From assembly GCF_000737315.1 (NCBI RefSeq), contig NZ_JMCB01000014.1, forward strand, positions 124,001 to 188,000: DNA of 64,000 nucleotides, read 5' to 3'. This stretch comes from Hyalangium minutum. GTDB lineage: Bacteria > Myxococcota > Myxococcia > Myxococcales > Myxococcaceae. Below are positions 8,797 through 19,751 of this stretch, one piece after another; position 1 is the stretch's first letter, and each line of letters opens with the position of its first letter. Position numbers and translations under genes: made by a program. The notes beneath the pieces were generated by a model, which saw nothing but the letters and a program-made list of their open reading frames with translations, was not told the DNA's origin and did not search any database.

Positions 8797-9659
8797 GCGT
8801 CCAGCCTCACACCCCCCTGCCGCAGCAGCTCAGGCAGCTCCCGTAGCAGTCCGCGGGAGAGGAAGACTTTCGGGTCCAGCAGCGGCAGCGCCCCGCCTCC
8901 AGAGACGTGGAGCATGCCGATGAGCCCCTCGCGCAGCAGCCCGTGATCGGCGCCCCCCACGTTCCGGTCGATCTCCGCCGCGCCGAACTCCTCGGGGTCC
9001 TGCACACGGTCCACGCAGAGCGCCAGCGGCATGTCCTCCACCTGGATGATGACCAGCATGCGCTCGCGCAGCGAGACGCGGTGCTCCTGGCCCAGGCGGC
9101 GCGCCACGTCCAGCACGCACACCGCCGCGCCGCGCAGCTCCACATACATGCACAGGAAGGGAGGCCCGCCGGGCAGCGGCCTCAGGGCCGGCTGCAGCAG
9201 CACCTCGCGCACCGAGTCCAGCGGCAAAGCAAACTCCTGCTCGCCCGCGGACATGCGCAGCACCAGCATGGAGCCGGCGCGTGCGCGGCGCCGGGCGTTC
9301 TCCAGCGTGGTGGCCACCGTGGACAGCAAGTCCTCGGCGCGGAAGGGCTTGGGCAGGAAGGCCTCTGCTCCCAAGCCCAGACACGCCTCCGCGCGGCCCT
9401 TCTCCGAGGAGATGATGATGACGGGGATGTTGGCCAACCGCTCCTTGTCCGCCTTCATCTTCTGGAGCACCTCGTCCCCGTCCATCTCCGGCATCGACAA
9501 GTCGAGCAGCACGGCGGCTGGCTGCAGCCGCTCGAGCTTCTCCAGCGCCTCGCGGCCATTGCTCGCGGTGTGCAGCGCGTAATGACCGGAGAGGATCGCC
9601 TTCTCGAGAGCGAGAATGGCGTCGCTGTCGTCGACGAGGAGGAGGGACGGGAGGCTCAC
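8793..9659 (-). CDS. REC-CheW hybrid protein (receiver N-terminal)
   Basis: LLVDDS...LLDLSMPEMDG...FLPKPF, followed by the CheW-like EFALPLDSVREV...VELRGAAVCVLD. Confidence 0.9.
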   Translation of the reverse strand: MSLPSLLLVDDSDAILALEKAILSGHYALHTASNGREALEKLERLQPAAVLLDLSMPEMDGDEVLQKMKADKERLANIPVIIISSEKGRAEACLGLGAEAFLPKPFRAEDLLSTVATTLENARRRARAGSMLVLRMSAGEQEFALPLDSVREVLLQPALRPLPGGPPFLCMYVELRGAAVCVLDVARRLGQEHRVSLRERMLVIIQVEDMPLALCVDRVQDPEEFGAAEIDRNVGGADHGLLREGLIGMLHVSGGGALPLLDPKVFLSRGLLRELPELLRQGGVRLDA

Positions 9660-10045
9660 GGGGCGGCGAGAGGCAGGAACTGGCGGACCGTCTCGGTCAG
9701 GTCCGCATGGGACACCGGCTTCTGAATGAAGGCATTGGCGCCCGCCTCGGCTCCCCGCTGCCGCAAGTCTCCGCCCTTCTCCGCGGTGAGCAGAATGACG
9801 GGGATACCGCGCAGCTGGGCCTCCTTGCTGGCTCGAAGCTCCTTGACGAAGGTGATGCCGTCCATCCCCGGCATGTTGATGTCCGCAATCACCACACTCA
9901 CTGGCACCAGCCTCAAGAGCTGCAAGGCCCGGGTCGCATCCTCCGCCTCGAGGATGCTGAGCCGGAGATTCATCAAGTAGATCTTGATGATGTTGCGGAC
10001 AGTCGGGCTGTCATCCACCACCAGGATGTTGTCGCTCACACCCAC
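9656..10045 (-). CDS. Single-domain response regulator (CheY-like), first gene of the Che operon
   Basis: ILVVDDS, IADINMPGMDG, LLTA and FIQKPV. The true start may be GTG at 10039 given its spacing from GAGGAG. Confidence 0.92.
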   Translation of the reverse strand: MGVSDNILVVDDSPTVRNIIKIYLMNLRLSILEAEDATRALQLLRLVPVSVVIADINMPGMDGITFVKELRASKEAQLRGIPVILLTAEKGGDLRQRGAEAGANAFIQKPVSHADLTETVRQFLPLAAP

Positions 10046-10183
10046 GGCTCCTCACGCGGGGGCCCAGCACGGGCCCCTGCCACAAACGATGAGACTTTAG
10101 CGTGTCCGCTCCGCTGGGAGAAAGGTGGCCCGTCCGTTCTTCCGCGCTCGGGCGGTTGGCGGACGGGCTCACGCTCCCCTGGG

Positions 10184-11011
10184 CTATTCGCCCGCGGGCG
10201 GTACTTCTCCCTCTGACTGCTCAGCGCGCGGATCCACGGGGGGCGCGCCAATCGCATGGTAACCCCCGTCCACGTGCACCAACTCCCCTGTCGTGGAGGG
10301 CAGCCAGTCCGACAACAAGGCACAGGCTGTCCGAGCCACCGCATCGTGGCTGTTCTTGGAACTCCACCCCAGTGGGGCCTGCTTTCCCCATCCTTGCTCC
10401 AAGGACTTGAAACCCGGAATTCCCTTGGCGGCCATGGTGGCCAACGGGCCAGCGGCCAGGGAGTTCACCCGGATGTTCTTGGGACCCAAATCCCGGGCGA
10501 GGTAGCGCACCGTGGCCTCCAGCGCCGCCTTGCACACACCCATCCAGTCGTAGATGGGCCAGGCCGTCGTGCTGTTGTCGAAGTCCAGCGCCACGATGGA
10601 GCCGCCGTTCGTCATCAGCGGGGCCACCGCCACGGCCAGCTCCTTGAGCGAGTACGTGGAGACGCGGAACGCCGTCTGCACGCTCTCCCACGGGGTGTTG
10701 AGGAAGTTGCCGCCCAGCGCGTCCTCGGGAGCGAACGCCACGGCATGAAGGGCGCCGTCCACCCGCCCCCACTTCTGGCGGAGGGACTCGGTGAGCGCGG
10801 TGAAGTGGGCGGGCTGGGCGACGTCCAGCTCGAGCACCTCGGTGCCCGGCTTGAGCCGCTTGGCGCTCCGCTCGGTCAGAGAGCGGGCCCGGCCAAAGCC
10901 CGTGAGGATGATCTCCGCCCCCTGTGCCAGGGCGTGCTCGGCAATACCAAAGGCCAGCGACTGCGGGGTCAGCACCCCGGTGATCAGGATCTTCTTGCCC
11001 TGCAACAGCAT
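10184..11011 (-). CDS. fabI: Enoyl-ACP reductase (FabI, InhA-like sequence type)
   Basis: GKKILITGV...SLAFGIA, YDWMGVCKAALE (Y-x6-K), IRVNSLAAGPL and TTGELVHVDGG. Confidence 0.9.
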   Translation of the reverse strand: MLLQGKKILITGVLTPQSLAFGIAEHALAQGAEIILTGFGRARSLTERSAKRLKPGTEVLELDVAQPAHFTALTESLRQKWGRVDGALHAVAFAPEDALGGNFLNTPWESVQTAFRVSTYSLKELAVAVAPLMTNGGSIVALDFDNSTTAWPIYDWMGVCKAALEATVRYLARDLGPKNIRVNSLAAGPLATMAAKGIPGFKSLEQGWGKQAPLGWSSKNSHDAVARTACALLSDWLPSTTGELVHVDGGYHAIGAPPVDPRAEQSEGEVPPAGE

Positions 11012-11278
11012 GGGGAGCCTTTCGCGAGAAGAAGAAGGAGGCCGGGCGGTTTACCACTCCTGACGGCAGGTGGGGCGTGAAACAGGAGACGCCGCAGTGC
11101 GGCATTGCCACGCCCGCTCACCTACCGAGGCGTACCTCCCAGTGAAGTTGCGCTCACGTGGCGCATGACTCCTCCTGTTGGCCTCCACCGTTCTAGGCCG
11201 CTAGAAGTCCCGGAAGAATCAACAATTGGCCGCGAAAACACCCCAACTGGCCCCCCATCCAGTAAAAGACACCCCGCC

Positions 11279-14158
11279 ATGCCGAATTTCCAGGATACGT
11301 ACCTCTCGGGCGCCAACATCGACTTCATCGAAGGGCTCTACGCCCGCTACCTCCAGGATCCCTCCAGTGTGGATCCGAGCTGGCGGGAGATTTTCGAGCG
11401 CAACAACGGCGCCGGGCGCCCCATCTTCAACAAGAACCTGCTGGAGGTTCCCGCCCCGGCCGCCCCCGCCAAGGGCAATGGCAAGGCCAACGGAGCCACC
11501 GCCGCCGCTGTGGCCGCCGCTCCGGCTCCGGCTGCGGCCCCCACGCAGGACATGCGCCTGCAGGCCCGGGTGGATCAGACGATTACCGCCTTCCGGCTGC
11601 GCGGGCACCTGCGCGCCACGCTGGACCCGCTCGGCCGCTCGCGCCCGCCGCTGGAGCACGTGGCGGACATGCCCATGGTGGATGAGAAGCACTTCTCCTC
11701 CGTGGAGCTGGAGCAGCCGGTGGAGAGCGGCAGCGTCTTCGTCGAGCCCCGCGTGAAGCTGGCGGAGCTGCTCGGCCGGCTGCGCCGTACGTACGCGGGC
11801 TCCATCGGCGTCGAGTTCATGCAGATGCTCGACAGCGAGCGCCGGCGCTGGCTCATGCGCCGCATGGAGCTGACGGAGAACCGGACGAGCTTCTCGGTGG
11901 ACGAGCAGCGCCACCTGCTCACCCTGCTCTCCAAGGCCGAGGGCTTCGAGCACTTCCTCCACACCAAGTACGTGGGCGTGAAGCGCTTCAGCCTGGATGG
12001 CGGCGAGAGCCTCATCCCCATGCTGGACACCATCCTCGAGGTGGGCGGCGGCATGGATCTGAAGGAGGTCGTCATCGGCATGGCCCACCGCGGCCGCCTC
12101 AACGTGCTGACGAACATCCTCCACAAGAGCCCGGATCAGATCTTCAGCGAGTTCGAGGGCCCCGCCGACCCGAAGGCCTACATGGGCCGCGGCGACGTGA
12201 AGTACCACATGGGCTTCTCCTCGGACCACACCACGCGCGCCGGCGCGTCCATTCACCTGTCGCTGGCCTTCAACCCCAGCCACCTGGAGGCGGTGGACCC
12301 GGTAGTGGAGGGCCGCGTGCGCGCCAAGCAGGAGCGCAGCGGCGACAAGGAGCGCACCAAGGTGATGCCGCTCCTCATCCACGGGGACGCGGCCTTCATG
12401 GGCCAGGGCGTCATCTCCGAGACGCTGAACCTGGCGCGCCTGAACGGCTACGAGACGGGCGGCACCGTCCACATCGTGATCAACAACCAGGTGGGCTTCA
12501 CCACGGATCCGCACGACTCGCGCTCCTCCATCTACGCCACTGCCATCGCGCAGATGCTGGACGTGCCCGTCTTCCACGTGAACGGGGATGACCCGGAGGC
12601 CTGCGTCCACGTGGCGCGCCTGGCCGCCGAGTTCCGGCAGACCTTCAAGAGCGACGTGGTCATCGACCTCATCTGCTACCGGCGCTACGGGCACAACGAG
12701 GGCGATGACCCGTCCTTCACCCAGCCGCACATGTACGAGCTCATCCGCAAGCAGCAGACGGTGCGGACGGTGTACGCCAAGGCGCTGGCCGACAAGAACC
12801 GCATCTCCGCCGAGGAGTCCGAGACCATCAAGCAGGCTTGCCTCAAGGAGTTCGACGACGCGCTCACCCGCATCAAGCAGGAGCGCCAGTTCAAGGAGCC
12901 CAGCGCCCTGGAGGGCCTGTGGAAGCCTTACAAGGGTGGTTCGCAGAAGAACGCCCCCGAAGTGCAGACCGCGGTGGACAAGGCGAAGCTGCGTGACGCG
13001 CTGAAGAAGCTGTCCGAGGCCCCCGAGGGCTTCAACGTGCACCCGGTGGTGGAGCGCACGGTGCTCAAGAAGCGCCAGTCCATGCTGGAGAGCGAGGAGC
13101 TGCTCTGGTCCGAGGGCGAGGCGCTGGCCTACGCCACCCTGCTCGCCGAGGGCTACGCGGTGCGCCTGTCCGGCCAGGACAGCGAGCGCGGAACCTTCAG
13201 CCACCGCCACGCGGTGCTGCATGACGTGAAGACGGGTACCCGGTTCACTCCGCTGCAGCAGTTCTCCACGGGCCGCGCCTCCTTCCAGGTCTACAACAGC
13301 CCGCTCTCGGAGATGGCCGTCATGGGCTTCGAGTACGGCTACAGCCTGGACGTGCCGGACGGCCTCACCCTGTGGGAGGCCCAGTTCGGCGACTTCGCCA
13401 ACGGCGCGCAGATCATCATCGACCAGTTCATCGCGGCCGGTGAGAGCAAGTGGCGCCGCCTGTCGGGCCTCTCGCTGCTGCTGCCCCACGGCTACGAGGG
13501 CCAGGGCCCCGAGCACTCCAGCGCCCGCCTCGAGCGCTTCCTCAGCCTGTGCGCCGAGGACAACATCCAGGTGTGCTACCCCACCACGCCCGCGCAGATC
13601 TTCCACCTGCTGCGCCGCCAGGTGGTGCGCCCCTACCGCAAGCCGCTGGTCATCATGTCGCCCAAGAGCCTGCTGCGCCGCCCCGAGGCGTTTAGCAAGC
13701 TGGACGAGCTGGCCACGGGCCGCTTCCAGGAGGTGATTGCCGACCGGAAGGAAGCCGAGCCCGCTGGCGTCACCCGGCTGCTGCTGTGCTCGGGCAAGGT
13801 CTACTACGACCTGGTGAAGGCCCGGGACGACCAGAAGGCGTGGAACATCTCCATCGTCCGCCTGGAGCAGCTCTATCCCTTCCCCTTCGACACGCTGGCG
13901 CAGCTCGTCGCCAGCATGCCGAAGCTCACCGAGCTCTTCTGGGTGCAGGAAGAGCCGCGCAACGCGGGCGGGTGGTATTTCATGTTCCCCCGCCTCCATG
14001 ACGTGGCATCCTCCCGCGCCACCGGTCCTGTGAAGATCGGCTACATCGGGCGGGCAGATGCCGCCAGCCCTGCCACCGGCTTCACGAAGACCCACGACTA
14101 CGAGCAGCACCTGATCGTCGAGGAAGCCATCCTCCGAGGAACCAAGAATGGCCGTTGA
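11279..14158 (+). CDS. sucA: 2-oxoglutarate dehydrogenase E1
   Basis: [31 protein letters not shown] (ThDP motif), RRYGHNEGD and [16 protein letters not shown] at 11279 ([13 protein letters not shown]). Confidence 0.97.
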   Translation: MPNFQDTYLSGANIDFIEGLYARYLQDPSSVDPSWREIFERNNGAGRPIFNKNLLEVPAPAAPAKGNGKANGATAAAVAAAPAPAAAPTQDMRLQARVDQTITAFRLRGHLRATLDPLGRSRPPLEHVADMPMVDEKHFSSVELEQPVESGSVFVEPRVKLAELLGRLRRTYAGSIGVEFMQMLDSERRRWLMRRMELTENRTSFSVDEQRHLLTLLSKAEGFEHFLHTKYVGVKRFSLDGGESLIPMLDTILEVGGGMDLKEVVIGMAHRGRLNVLTNILHKSPDQIFSEFEGPADPKAYMGRGDVKYHMGFSSDHTTRAGASIHLSLAFNPSHLEAVDPVVEGRVRAKQERSGDKERTKVMPLLIHGDAAFMGQGVISETLNLARLNGYETGGTVHIVINNQVGFTTDPHDSRSSIYATAIAQMLDVPVFHVNGDDPEACVHVARLAAEFRQTFKSDVVIDLICYRRYGHNEGDDPSFTQPHMYELIRKQQTVRTVYAKALADKNRISAEESETIKQACLKEFDDALTRIKQERQFKEPSALEGLWKPYKGGSQKNAPEVQTAVDKAKLRDALKKLSEAPEGFNVHPVVERTVLKKRQSMLESEELLWSEGEALAYATLLAEGYAVRLSGQDSERGTFSHRHAVLHDVKTGTRFTPLQQFSTGRASFQVYNSPLSEMAVMGFEYGYSLDVPDGLTLWEAQFGDFANGAQIIIDQFIAAGESKWRRLSGLSLLLPHGYEGQGPEHSSARLERFLSLCAEDNIQVCYPTTPAQIFHLLRRQVVRPYRKPLVIMSPKSLLRRPEAFSKLDELATGRFQEVIADRKEAEPAGVTRLLLCSGKVYYDLVKARDDQKAWNISIVRLEQLYPFPFDTLAQLVASMPKLTELFWVQEEPRNAGGWYFMFPRLHDVASSRATGPVKIGYIGRADAASPATGFTKTHDYEQHLIVEEAILRGTKNGR

Positions 14159-15338
14159 ACTGAAAGTCCCGCCCCTGGGCGAGTCCATCACCGAAGCCGT
14201 CGTTGGCAAGTGGAACAAGAAGAAGGGTGACACCGTCTCCGCCGACGAGCCCGTCGTCATGCTCGAGACGGACAAGGTCACCATCGACGTGCCCGCTCCG
14301 GCGGCCGGCGCGCTGGCGCAGATCTCCTTCAAGGAGGGAGACAAGGTCCGCGTCGGTGAGGTGCTCGGGCTGATCGACGCCGCCGGCGCCACCGCCGCCG
14401 CGTCCGCGCCCCAGGCCGCCCCGCCTCCGCCCAAGGCTGCCGAGCCGGCTCCGGCCCGCGAGAAGCCCATCACGCCCACGGCGCAGAACATCGCCACGGC
14501 CAACAACGTGGACGTCAGCCAGCTCCAGGGCGCGGGTCACCGCATCACCAAGGACGACGTGCTCGGCCAGCTGAGCAAGGGCCCCCAGGCTCCGGCGCCC
14601 TCGGCTCCGGCTGTGCCCGCCGGTCCGCGCCCCAACGCGGCCCGCGAGGAGCGCGTGCGGATGACGCCGCTGCGCAAGCGCGTGGCGGAGCGGCTCATCC
14701 AGGCGCAGTCCACCGCCGCCATCCTCACCACCTTCAACGAGGTGGACATGGGCGACGTGATGGCGCTGCGCAAGAAGTACAACGACAAGTTCCAGGCCAA
14801 GCACGGAGTGAAGCTCGGCTTCATGAGCTTCTTCGTCCGCGCCTCCATCGAGGCCCTCAAGGCCTTCCCGCAGATCAACGCCGAGATTGAAGGCGACGAC
14901 GTCGTCTTCAAGCACTACTACGACATCGGCGTGGCGGTATCGGGCTCGCGTGGCCTGGTGGTGCCGGTGGTGCGGGATGCGGACAAGCTGTCGCTGGCGG
15001 AGCTGGAGAAGCAGATCGGCGAGCTCGGCGTGCGCGCGCGCAACGACAAGCTGACGATGGCCGACCTGCAGGGCGGCACGTTCACCATCTCCAACGGCGG
15101 CATCTTCGGCTCCATGCTGTCCACGCCCATCCTGAACCCGCCGCAGACGGGCATCCTGGGCATGCACAACATCGTGGAGCGCGCGGTGGTGAAGGACGGG
15201 CAGATCGTCATCCGGCCCATCATGTACGTGGCGCTCTCGTACGATCACCGGCTGGTGGACGGCCGCGAGGCGGTGCAGTTCCTGGTGCGTGTCAAGGAAT
15301 GCATTGAGGATCCAGAGCGGCTGCTGCTCGAAGTGTGA
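14148..15338 (+). CDS. sucB: 2-oxoglutarate dehydrogenase E2, dihydrolipoyl succinyltransferase
   Basis: Lipoyl domain ETDKVT, E3-binding region, TFTISNGG and YDHRLVDG. Confidence 0.97.
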   Translation: MAVELKVPPLGESITEAVVGKWNKKKGDTVSADEPVVMLETDKVTIDVPAPAAGALAQISFKEGDKVRVGEVLGLIDAAGATAAASAPQAAPPPPKAAEPAPAREKPITPTAQNIATANNVDVSQLQGAGHRITKDDVLGQLSKGPQAPAPSAPAVPAGPRPNAAREERVRMTPLRKRVAERLIQAQSTAAILTTFNEVDMGDVMALRKKYNDKFQAKHGVKLGFMSFFVRASIEALKAFPQINAEIEGDDVVFKHYYDIGVAVSGSRGLVVPVVRDADKLSLAELEKQIGELGVRARNDKLTMADLQGGTFTISNGGIFGSMLSTPILNPPQTGILGMHNIVERAVVKDGQIVIRPIMYVALSYDHRLVDGREAVQFLVRVKECIEDPERLLLEV

Positions 15339-15475
15339 GGCGCTCAACGCGTCAATTGCACACGGGTCTCTAGACTTGAAGGACAGAGGCCCACTAAGAC
15401 TGCAATGCCTTCCGGTAGTCGGGGGGCTGAAGAACCCGGGGGGCTCCGGCGCCGCCCGTCAAGTAAGGACGCAAA

Positions 15476-15679
15476 ATGGCAACTGGTACCGTGAAGTGGT
15501 TCAACGATGCGAAGGGGTTCGGCTTCATCACGCAGGACGGAGGTGGCGAGGACGTGTTCTGCCACCACACCGCCATCAACATGGATGGCTTCCGCACCCT
15601 GCAGGAGGGGCAGAAGGTTCAGTTCGAGGTGACCCGCGGCCCCAAGGGCCTGCAGGCCCAGAACGTGCGCGCGGTCTGA
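15476..15679 (+). CDS. Cold-shock protein (CspA family)
   Basis: [15 protein letters not shown] (RNP1), DVFCHHTAI (RNP2) and GPKGLQA. Confidence 0.96.
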   Translation: MATGTVKWFNDAKGFGFITQDGGGEDVFCHHTAINMDGFRTLQEGQKVQFEVTRGPKGLQAQNVRAV

Positions 15680-15722
15680 GTCTCACCGCGAACCCCAGCC
15701 ACTCCTCACGGACTGGCTGATC

Positions 15723-15763
15723 GAGGCCCGGACCCCCTTGGCGGGAGCCGGGCCTCTCCTTTT
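15723..15763 (+). terminator. Intrinsic terminator after the cold-shock gene
   Basis: GAGGCCCGG...CCGGGCCTC stem followed by TCCTTTT. Confidence 0.7.
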
Positions 15764-15774
15764 GCGGGCACCGG

Positions 15775-17985
15775 CTACAGGTGCTTGCGGAAGTAGTCGA
15801 GCACCCGCTCGTACTGGCGCTGGGTGACGAGCGGATCCGGCACCATGTGCGTCAGCCCGCTGAGCGGCAGCAGCTCGTGCGGCTTGCCCGCGAGGAAGAG
15901 CGCGTGGCTGAGCTTGAGCGTGTGGAAGAAGTAGACGTTGTCGTCCGCGGTGCCGTGAATGAGGAGCAGCGGGGCCACGGGCGTGTTCGGGTCCCTGGCG
16001 TAGGTGAGCAGGGAGCTCTTCTCGTAGGCCTCGGGGTGCTCCTGGGGGAGCCCGAGGTAGCGCTCGGTGTAGTGGGTGTCGTAGTCGAGCCAGTCCACCA
16101 CGGGCGCACCGGCCACGGCGGCCTTGAAGAAGTCCGGGCGCTTGAGCGCGGCCAGGGCGGACATGTAGCCGCCGAAGCTCCAGCCGTAGATGCCCACGCG
16201 AGAGAGGTCCAGCTCGGGCACCTTCTCGGCGAGGGCCTTGAGGCCGGCGATCTGGTCATCCAGGGTGATGGTGGCGAAGTCGTACTTCACCACGCGCTCC
16301 CAGGAGGAGGTACGCAGCGGGGTGCCGCGCCCGTCGATCTTCACGATGAGGAAGCCCTGGTCCGCGAGCCACTGGTTGAGCAGGTTCTCGGCCATGCCGT
16401 GGCGCACCACGGTGGTGGTGGGGCCCGCGTACACGTAGAGGATGACGGGCAGCTTCACACCGGGCTTGGCGTTCCGAGGGCGGGTGACGGAGGCGTGGAA
16501 GCCCTCCTTGCCCACCTGAAAGAGCTGGGTGTTGGGGGTGAAGGGCGGCTCGGCGGCGACCGAGGGCAGCTCGCCCACGCGGGTACCATCCGGCCTCAGC
16601 ACCTGGAAGCTCGGCATGGTGGTGGGGGTGGAGGACAGGGTGACGAGCAGCCCGCCGTTCTTGGAGAGGGTGACAGGCATCTCGAACGCGGGAGCGGGGG
16701 TGCCGGTGGCAACCTTCTCGGGGGCGCCGCCGTCCTTCACGCGCCAGAGGTAGCTCTCGGTGGGATTGGACGAGCCGTGGAAGTAGAGCGTGCGGTCCTT
16801 GTCGATGAAGCGGGCCAGTCCACGGAAACCCGCCTCCGGCTTCACAAGGGTGCGCGCGAGGCTGCCGTCCGGGTTGCGCAGCTCTACCTCGGGGCCGTCA
16901 TTGCGCTCGGAGTACCAGAGGAAGCCGCTGCCATCCTCGAGCCAGCGAGGGAAGTCCTGGTCCAGGTTGACCCACGCGGCATCCTTCTCCGTGAGCAGCA
17001 GTCGCGTCTTGCCGGTGCTGGGGTCCACGGCGAGGAGCTGCTCCTCCGTCTGGGTGCGGTTCTGCACGAGCACCGTGAGCGGCCCGCCCTTCTGCCACGT
17101 GACGGTGGCCAGGTACGGATAGGCCTTGGCGTCCCAGTCCACCCACACGGTCTTGCCACCGGTGACAGGGGTGATGCCGAGGCGGACCACCGCGTTGGCC
17201 TTACCGGGGCGGGGGTACGGGAAGGCGGTGCCACCCTGCTCGGGGTGCATCACGTCCACGATGGTGAGCTTCTCCACGCCGGAGGTGTCAGACTCCGTGT
17301 AGGCGATGGACTTGGCGTCCGGGCTCCACCAAAAGCCGGAGAAGCGGTGCATCTCCTCCTGGGCGACGAACTCGGCCAGGCCGTGAGTCTTCTGCTCGGT
17401 GCCACCCTTCGTGACTGGCTGTTCCTTGTTGGCGGCGAGGTCGATGCGGAACACGTCGTTGTTCCGCACGTAGGCGATCTGCTTGCCGTCCGGAGAGAAG
17501 TGCGGGTCGATGACGCCGGGACCCGTCTTCAGCTCGGTGACCTTTCCGGTGGAGCGCTCGACGATGTAGAGCTTGCCGGAGAGGCTCACGAGGATGCGCT
17601 CGCCGTCCTCGGAGAGCTCATAGGTGGTGAAGCCGCGGGAGCTGACGCGCATGCGCTCACGGCGGGCCTTCTCCTCGACGGAGAGCTGCTCCTCGGCGCC
17701 CTTGAGGATGGCGTCGGGGGTGAGCAGCTCCTTCGTGGTGCCGGTGGCCACGTCGAAGGCATAGAGCATCTGCGTGGCGGAGGTGGGCTGGGTGCGGAGG
17801 AAGAGGAGGGTCTTCTCGTCCGGGGTGATGCGCGCCTTTCCGGGACGGCCGCTCATGAAGCGGCGGGTCTCGGAGTACTGGCGGAGGAAGGAGTCTGTCT
17901 TCCGTTCGGTCATGGGCTTGGAGGGAGAAGTCTGGGCGAAGGCCGAGAGGCTCACGAGGAGCACGGCGGCGGAAAGGTGGCGCAT
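15775..17985 (-). CDS. Secreted S9B family peptidase (dipeptidyl-peptidase IV-like)
   Basis: Signal peptide, beta-propeller region ([16 protein letters not shown]), nucleophile GWSFGG, and HGTADDNV and HMV completing the triad. Confidence 0.93.
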   Translation of the reverse strand: MRHLSAAVLLVSLSAFAQTSPSKPMTERKTDSFLRQYSETRRFMSGRPGKARITPDEKTLLFLRTQPTSATQMLYAFDVATGTTKELLTPDAILKGAEEQLSVEEKARRERMRVSSRGFTTYELSEDGERILVSLSGKLYIVERSTGKVTELKTGPGVIDPHFSPDGKQIAYVRNNDVFRIDLAANKEQPVTKGGTEQKTHGLAEFVAQEEMHRFSGFWWSPDAKSIAYTESDTSGVEKLTIVDVMHPEQGGTAFPYPRPGKANAVVRLGITPVTGGKTVWVDWDAKAYPYLATVTWQKGGPLTVLVQNRTQTEEQLLAVDPSTGKTRLLLTEKDAAWVNLDQDFPRWLEDGSGFLWYSERNDGPEVELRNPDGSLARTLVKPEAGFRGLARFIDKDRTLYFHGSSNPTESYLWRVKDGGAPEKVATGTPAPAFEMPVTLSKNGGLLVTLSSTPTTMPSFQVLRPDGTRVGELPSVAAEPPFTPNTQLFQVGKEGFHASVTRPRNAKPGVKLPVILYVYAGPTTTVVRHGMAENLLNQWLADQGFLIVKIDGRGTPLRTSSWERVVKYDFATITLDDQIAGLKALAEKVPELDLSRVGIYGWSFGGYMSALAALKRPDFFKAAVAGAPVVDWLDYDTHYTERYLGLPQEHPEAYEKSSLLTYARDPNTPVAPLLLIHGTADDNVYFFHTLKLSHALFLAGKPHELLPLSGLTHMVPDPLVTQRQYERVLDYFRKHL

Positions 17986-18100
17986 GCGATGCTGGGGCCC
18001 TATGGGCCCGCTCTCCTTTCACGGCAGAGGGGCGCGCAGCCTACACTTCCGACTGCACGCAGCCGGTGGGAAAGCACAGACCCGGGAGGTTATTCCCCAC

Positions 18101-18871
18101 ATGGAGCAAGACGCGCCGCAGCACCTGCGCCTCGCCGGCGTCATCCGCCTGTCGCTGGCGGGGGGCCGAGGGCCCTCGGATGCCTATGTGTTCGATCCGC
18201 ACCGGCTCGCCCTGCCCTCCTGGGCGTGCGCACTCGGGGACGGTGGAGGGCCCGCACTGTTGGTGAGCCTGGACCGGCACCTGGATGTGGTGCCGCCGCG
18301 CCAGCCCGAGGCCGTGCCGGACCGGAGCGCGGGACTGCGGGCACTGGACGAGCACGCACGGTGGGCGCTGGACGTGCGCAACTACGATCACATCCTTGCA
18401 GCGATGGAGGCGGGTCTGGTGGGGGACGCGCTGCTCATCGCGCGGGCACGGCCTCGGGGAGCGTTCGAGCGGGACACGTACCGGGACACGCGGGGCCGGG
18501 AACACCGGTTGGTGGCAGTGCCCACGGTGGACCGGGCGGCGGAGGCCTTCCGGGCACCGGCGCCGGGGGATGCGGTGCGCGAAGTGCTGGAGCGCGCGGA
18601 GCGGGTGTTGCTGGACGTGGACCTGGACTGCTTCACCACGCCGAGTGACGCGGATCCGACGACAGTGCTGCCGTGGCCCTGGAGCATCATCCGCGAGTTC
18701 TTGCTGCCGGACGGCTCGGAGCCGTTCTGGGAGGCGGTGTTGGAGAAGGCCGTGGCGCTTACGCTGGCCCGGGAGCCGCACCACTGTGGCGGGCTGCTGG
18801 CCTCGGGAGAGCTGTTCCGCGAGGTGGCCGAGGTGCTCTTCCGCGAGCTGCTCCACGCCGAGCCACCGTGA
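18101..18871 (+). CDS. UPF0489-like (arginase/deacetylase-fold) protein
   Basis: DPHRLALPSW, LVSLDRHLD and LLDVDLDCF, which form an acidic metal-binding pattern like D-x-H-x-D / D-x-D. ATG at 18101. Confidence 0.65.
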   Translation: MEQDAPQHLRLAGVIRLSLAGGRGPSDAYVFDPHRLALPSWACALGDGGGPALLVSLDRHLDVVPPRQPEAVPDRSAGLRALDEHARWALDVRNYDHILAAMEAGLVGDALLIARARPRGAFERDTYRDTRGREHRLVAVPTVDRAAEAFRAPAPGDAVREVLERAERVLLDVDLDCFTTPSDADPTTVLPWPWSIIREFLLPDGSEPFWEAVLEKAVALTLAREPHHCGGLLASGELFREVAEVLFRELLHAEPP

Positions 18872-19028
18872 GCCCACGGCCCACACATCCCGAGCCTTGC
18901 TGCGGGTTCGGTTCCCGCCGTCTCCGAGGAAGGCAGCCCGCCGCTCTAAGCCGTGCCCGCTTCCAGCAAGCAGGCGTTGATCGCCTTAGGGAAGCCGGGC
19001 TGGCTTGACTGGGACGGCATGGCCTTCT

Positions 19029-19751
19029 TCAGTCCTCTTGAACAATCCAGCGAGTCTGGCTGAACTCCGGTCCGTCTACAACACGCAGGGGGATCGACAT
19101 CTCCTCGCACGACGCCGACAACCGGTCCCACAGCAATGCAGCCACCTCGGTGCGAACAGCGAAGTGCGCGAAATCGCCGTCAGGGCCAGGGCGCATCAAC
19201 GCGAGCAATGTGTCTTTCGTGGCCCCAAAGACCTCCTCCACTCGGCTCGGGTCAAATGCCGCGTCGACAAACGAGTACTCAGGGTCTATCGGCACTCCTT
19301 CATGAGGAGTGACCAACGCGAGTTGTCCTCCCTGGAGCCAGGGGAACGCTGCATCATCGAAGAGCTGCCGTGTCACTTCGGGATCGCGGGTGCACCGAAG
19401 CGGAAACACGGGGCGTCGTATGAGCGCCTGGAATCGAGCCGGTGCCAGCACCCGTGCAGAGCCCCCTGGCACGGCACTCCACGGCGTGCCCGGAGCAAGA
19501 TCCACCGTGGAGTCCAGAAACGTCACTCGGCCCGCGCGGCACAAAGTGGTAGCGAGAATTCGTTGGACGTCTCCGGGCACGGCAGCGTCAACGCTGTCGT
19601 GGCTCATGACCCATCCCAAGATCGCCTTTTCCAGAGAGGGCCTACGGCCAGCACCGGATCCGGTAAGAGATGACGGGAGTATGTGCGTCAGGATCAACGC
19701 CACGACATGCGGCACCCGTTGTCTGGTGTTGGTTTGGTGGCCACCTGTCAT
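19029..19751 (-). CDS. Hypothetical protein, putative immunity/partner of the upstream glycine-zipper protein
   Basis: 240-codon ORF whose start overlaps the upstream stop (ATGA at 19748-19751). Globular-looking, e.g. FDDAAFPWLQGGQLAL and LMRPGPDGDFA. Confidence 0.6.
   Translation of the reverse strand: MTGGHQTNTRQRVPHVVALILTHILPSSLTGSGAGRRPSLEKAILGWVMSHDSVDAAVPGDVQRILATTLCRAGRVTFLDSTVDLAPGTPWSAVPGGSARVLAPARFQALIRRPVFPLRCTRDPEVTRQLFDDAAFPWLQGGQLALVTPHEGVPIDPEYSFVDAAFDPSRVEEVFGATKDTLLALMRPGPDGDFAHFAVRTEVAALLWDRLSASCEEMSIPLRVVDGPEFSQTRWIVQED

Noticed and set aside
11105-11278. N-terminal extensions in the ORF track (sucA, cheA, BVMO, tetR/23460, htpG/56705, kinase/46856, crtW/56589, giant protein/34731)
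   Set aside because: They come from upstream alternative starts in stop-poor DNA. Family N-termini, signal peptides and RBS positions support the later starts given.
11219-14506. Long antisense ORFs (e.g. 1095 aa opposite sucA, 1803 aa opposite the trifunctional kinase, 955 aa opposite DPP-IV, and others)
   Set aside because: They are shadow ORFs expected from high GC3 codon bias. They have no motifs and lie opposite well-supported genes.
15347-15358. 12-mer ACGCGTCAATTG shared between the csp upstream region and 34651-34662
   Set aside because: Many chance 12-mer matches are expected in 64 kb on two strands, and there is no third copy or other support.
14148-15475. No lpdA (E3) or sucCD after sucAB
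   Set aside because: E3 is commonly shared and encoded elsewhere, so this is not unusual.
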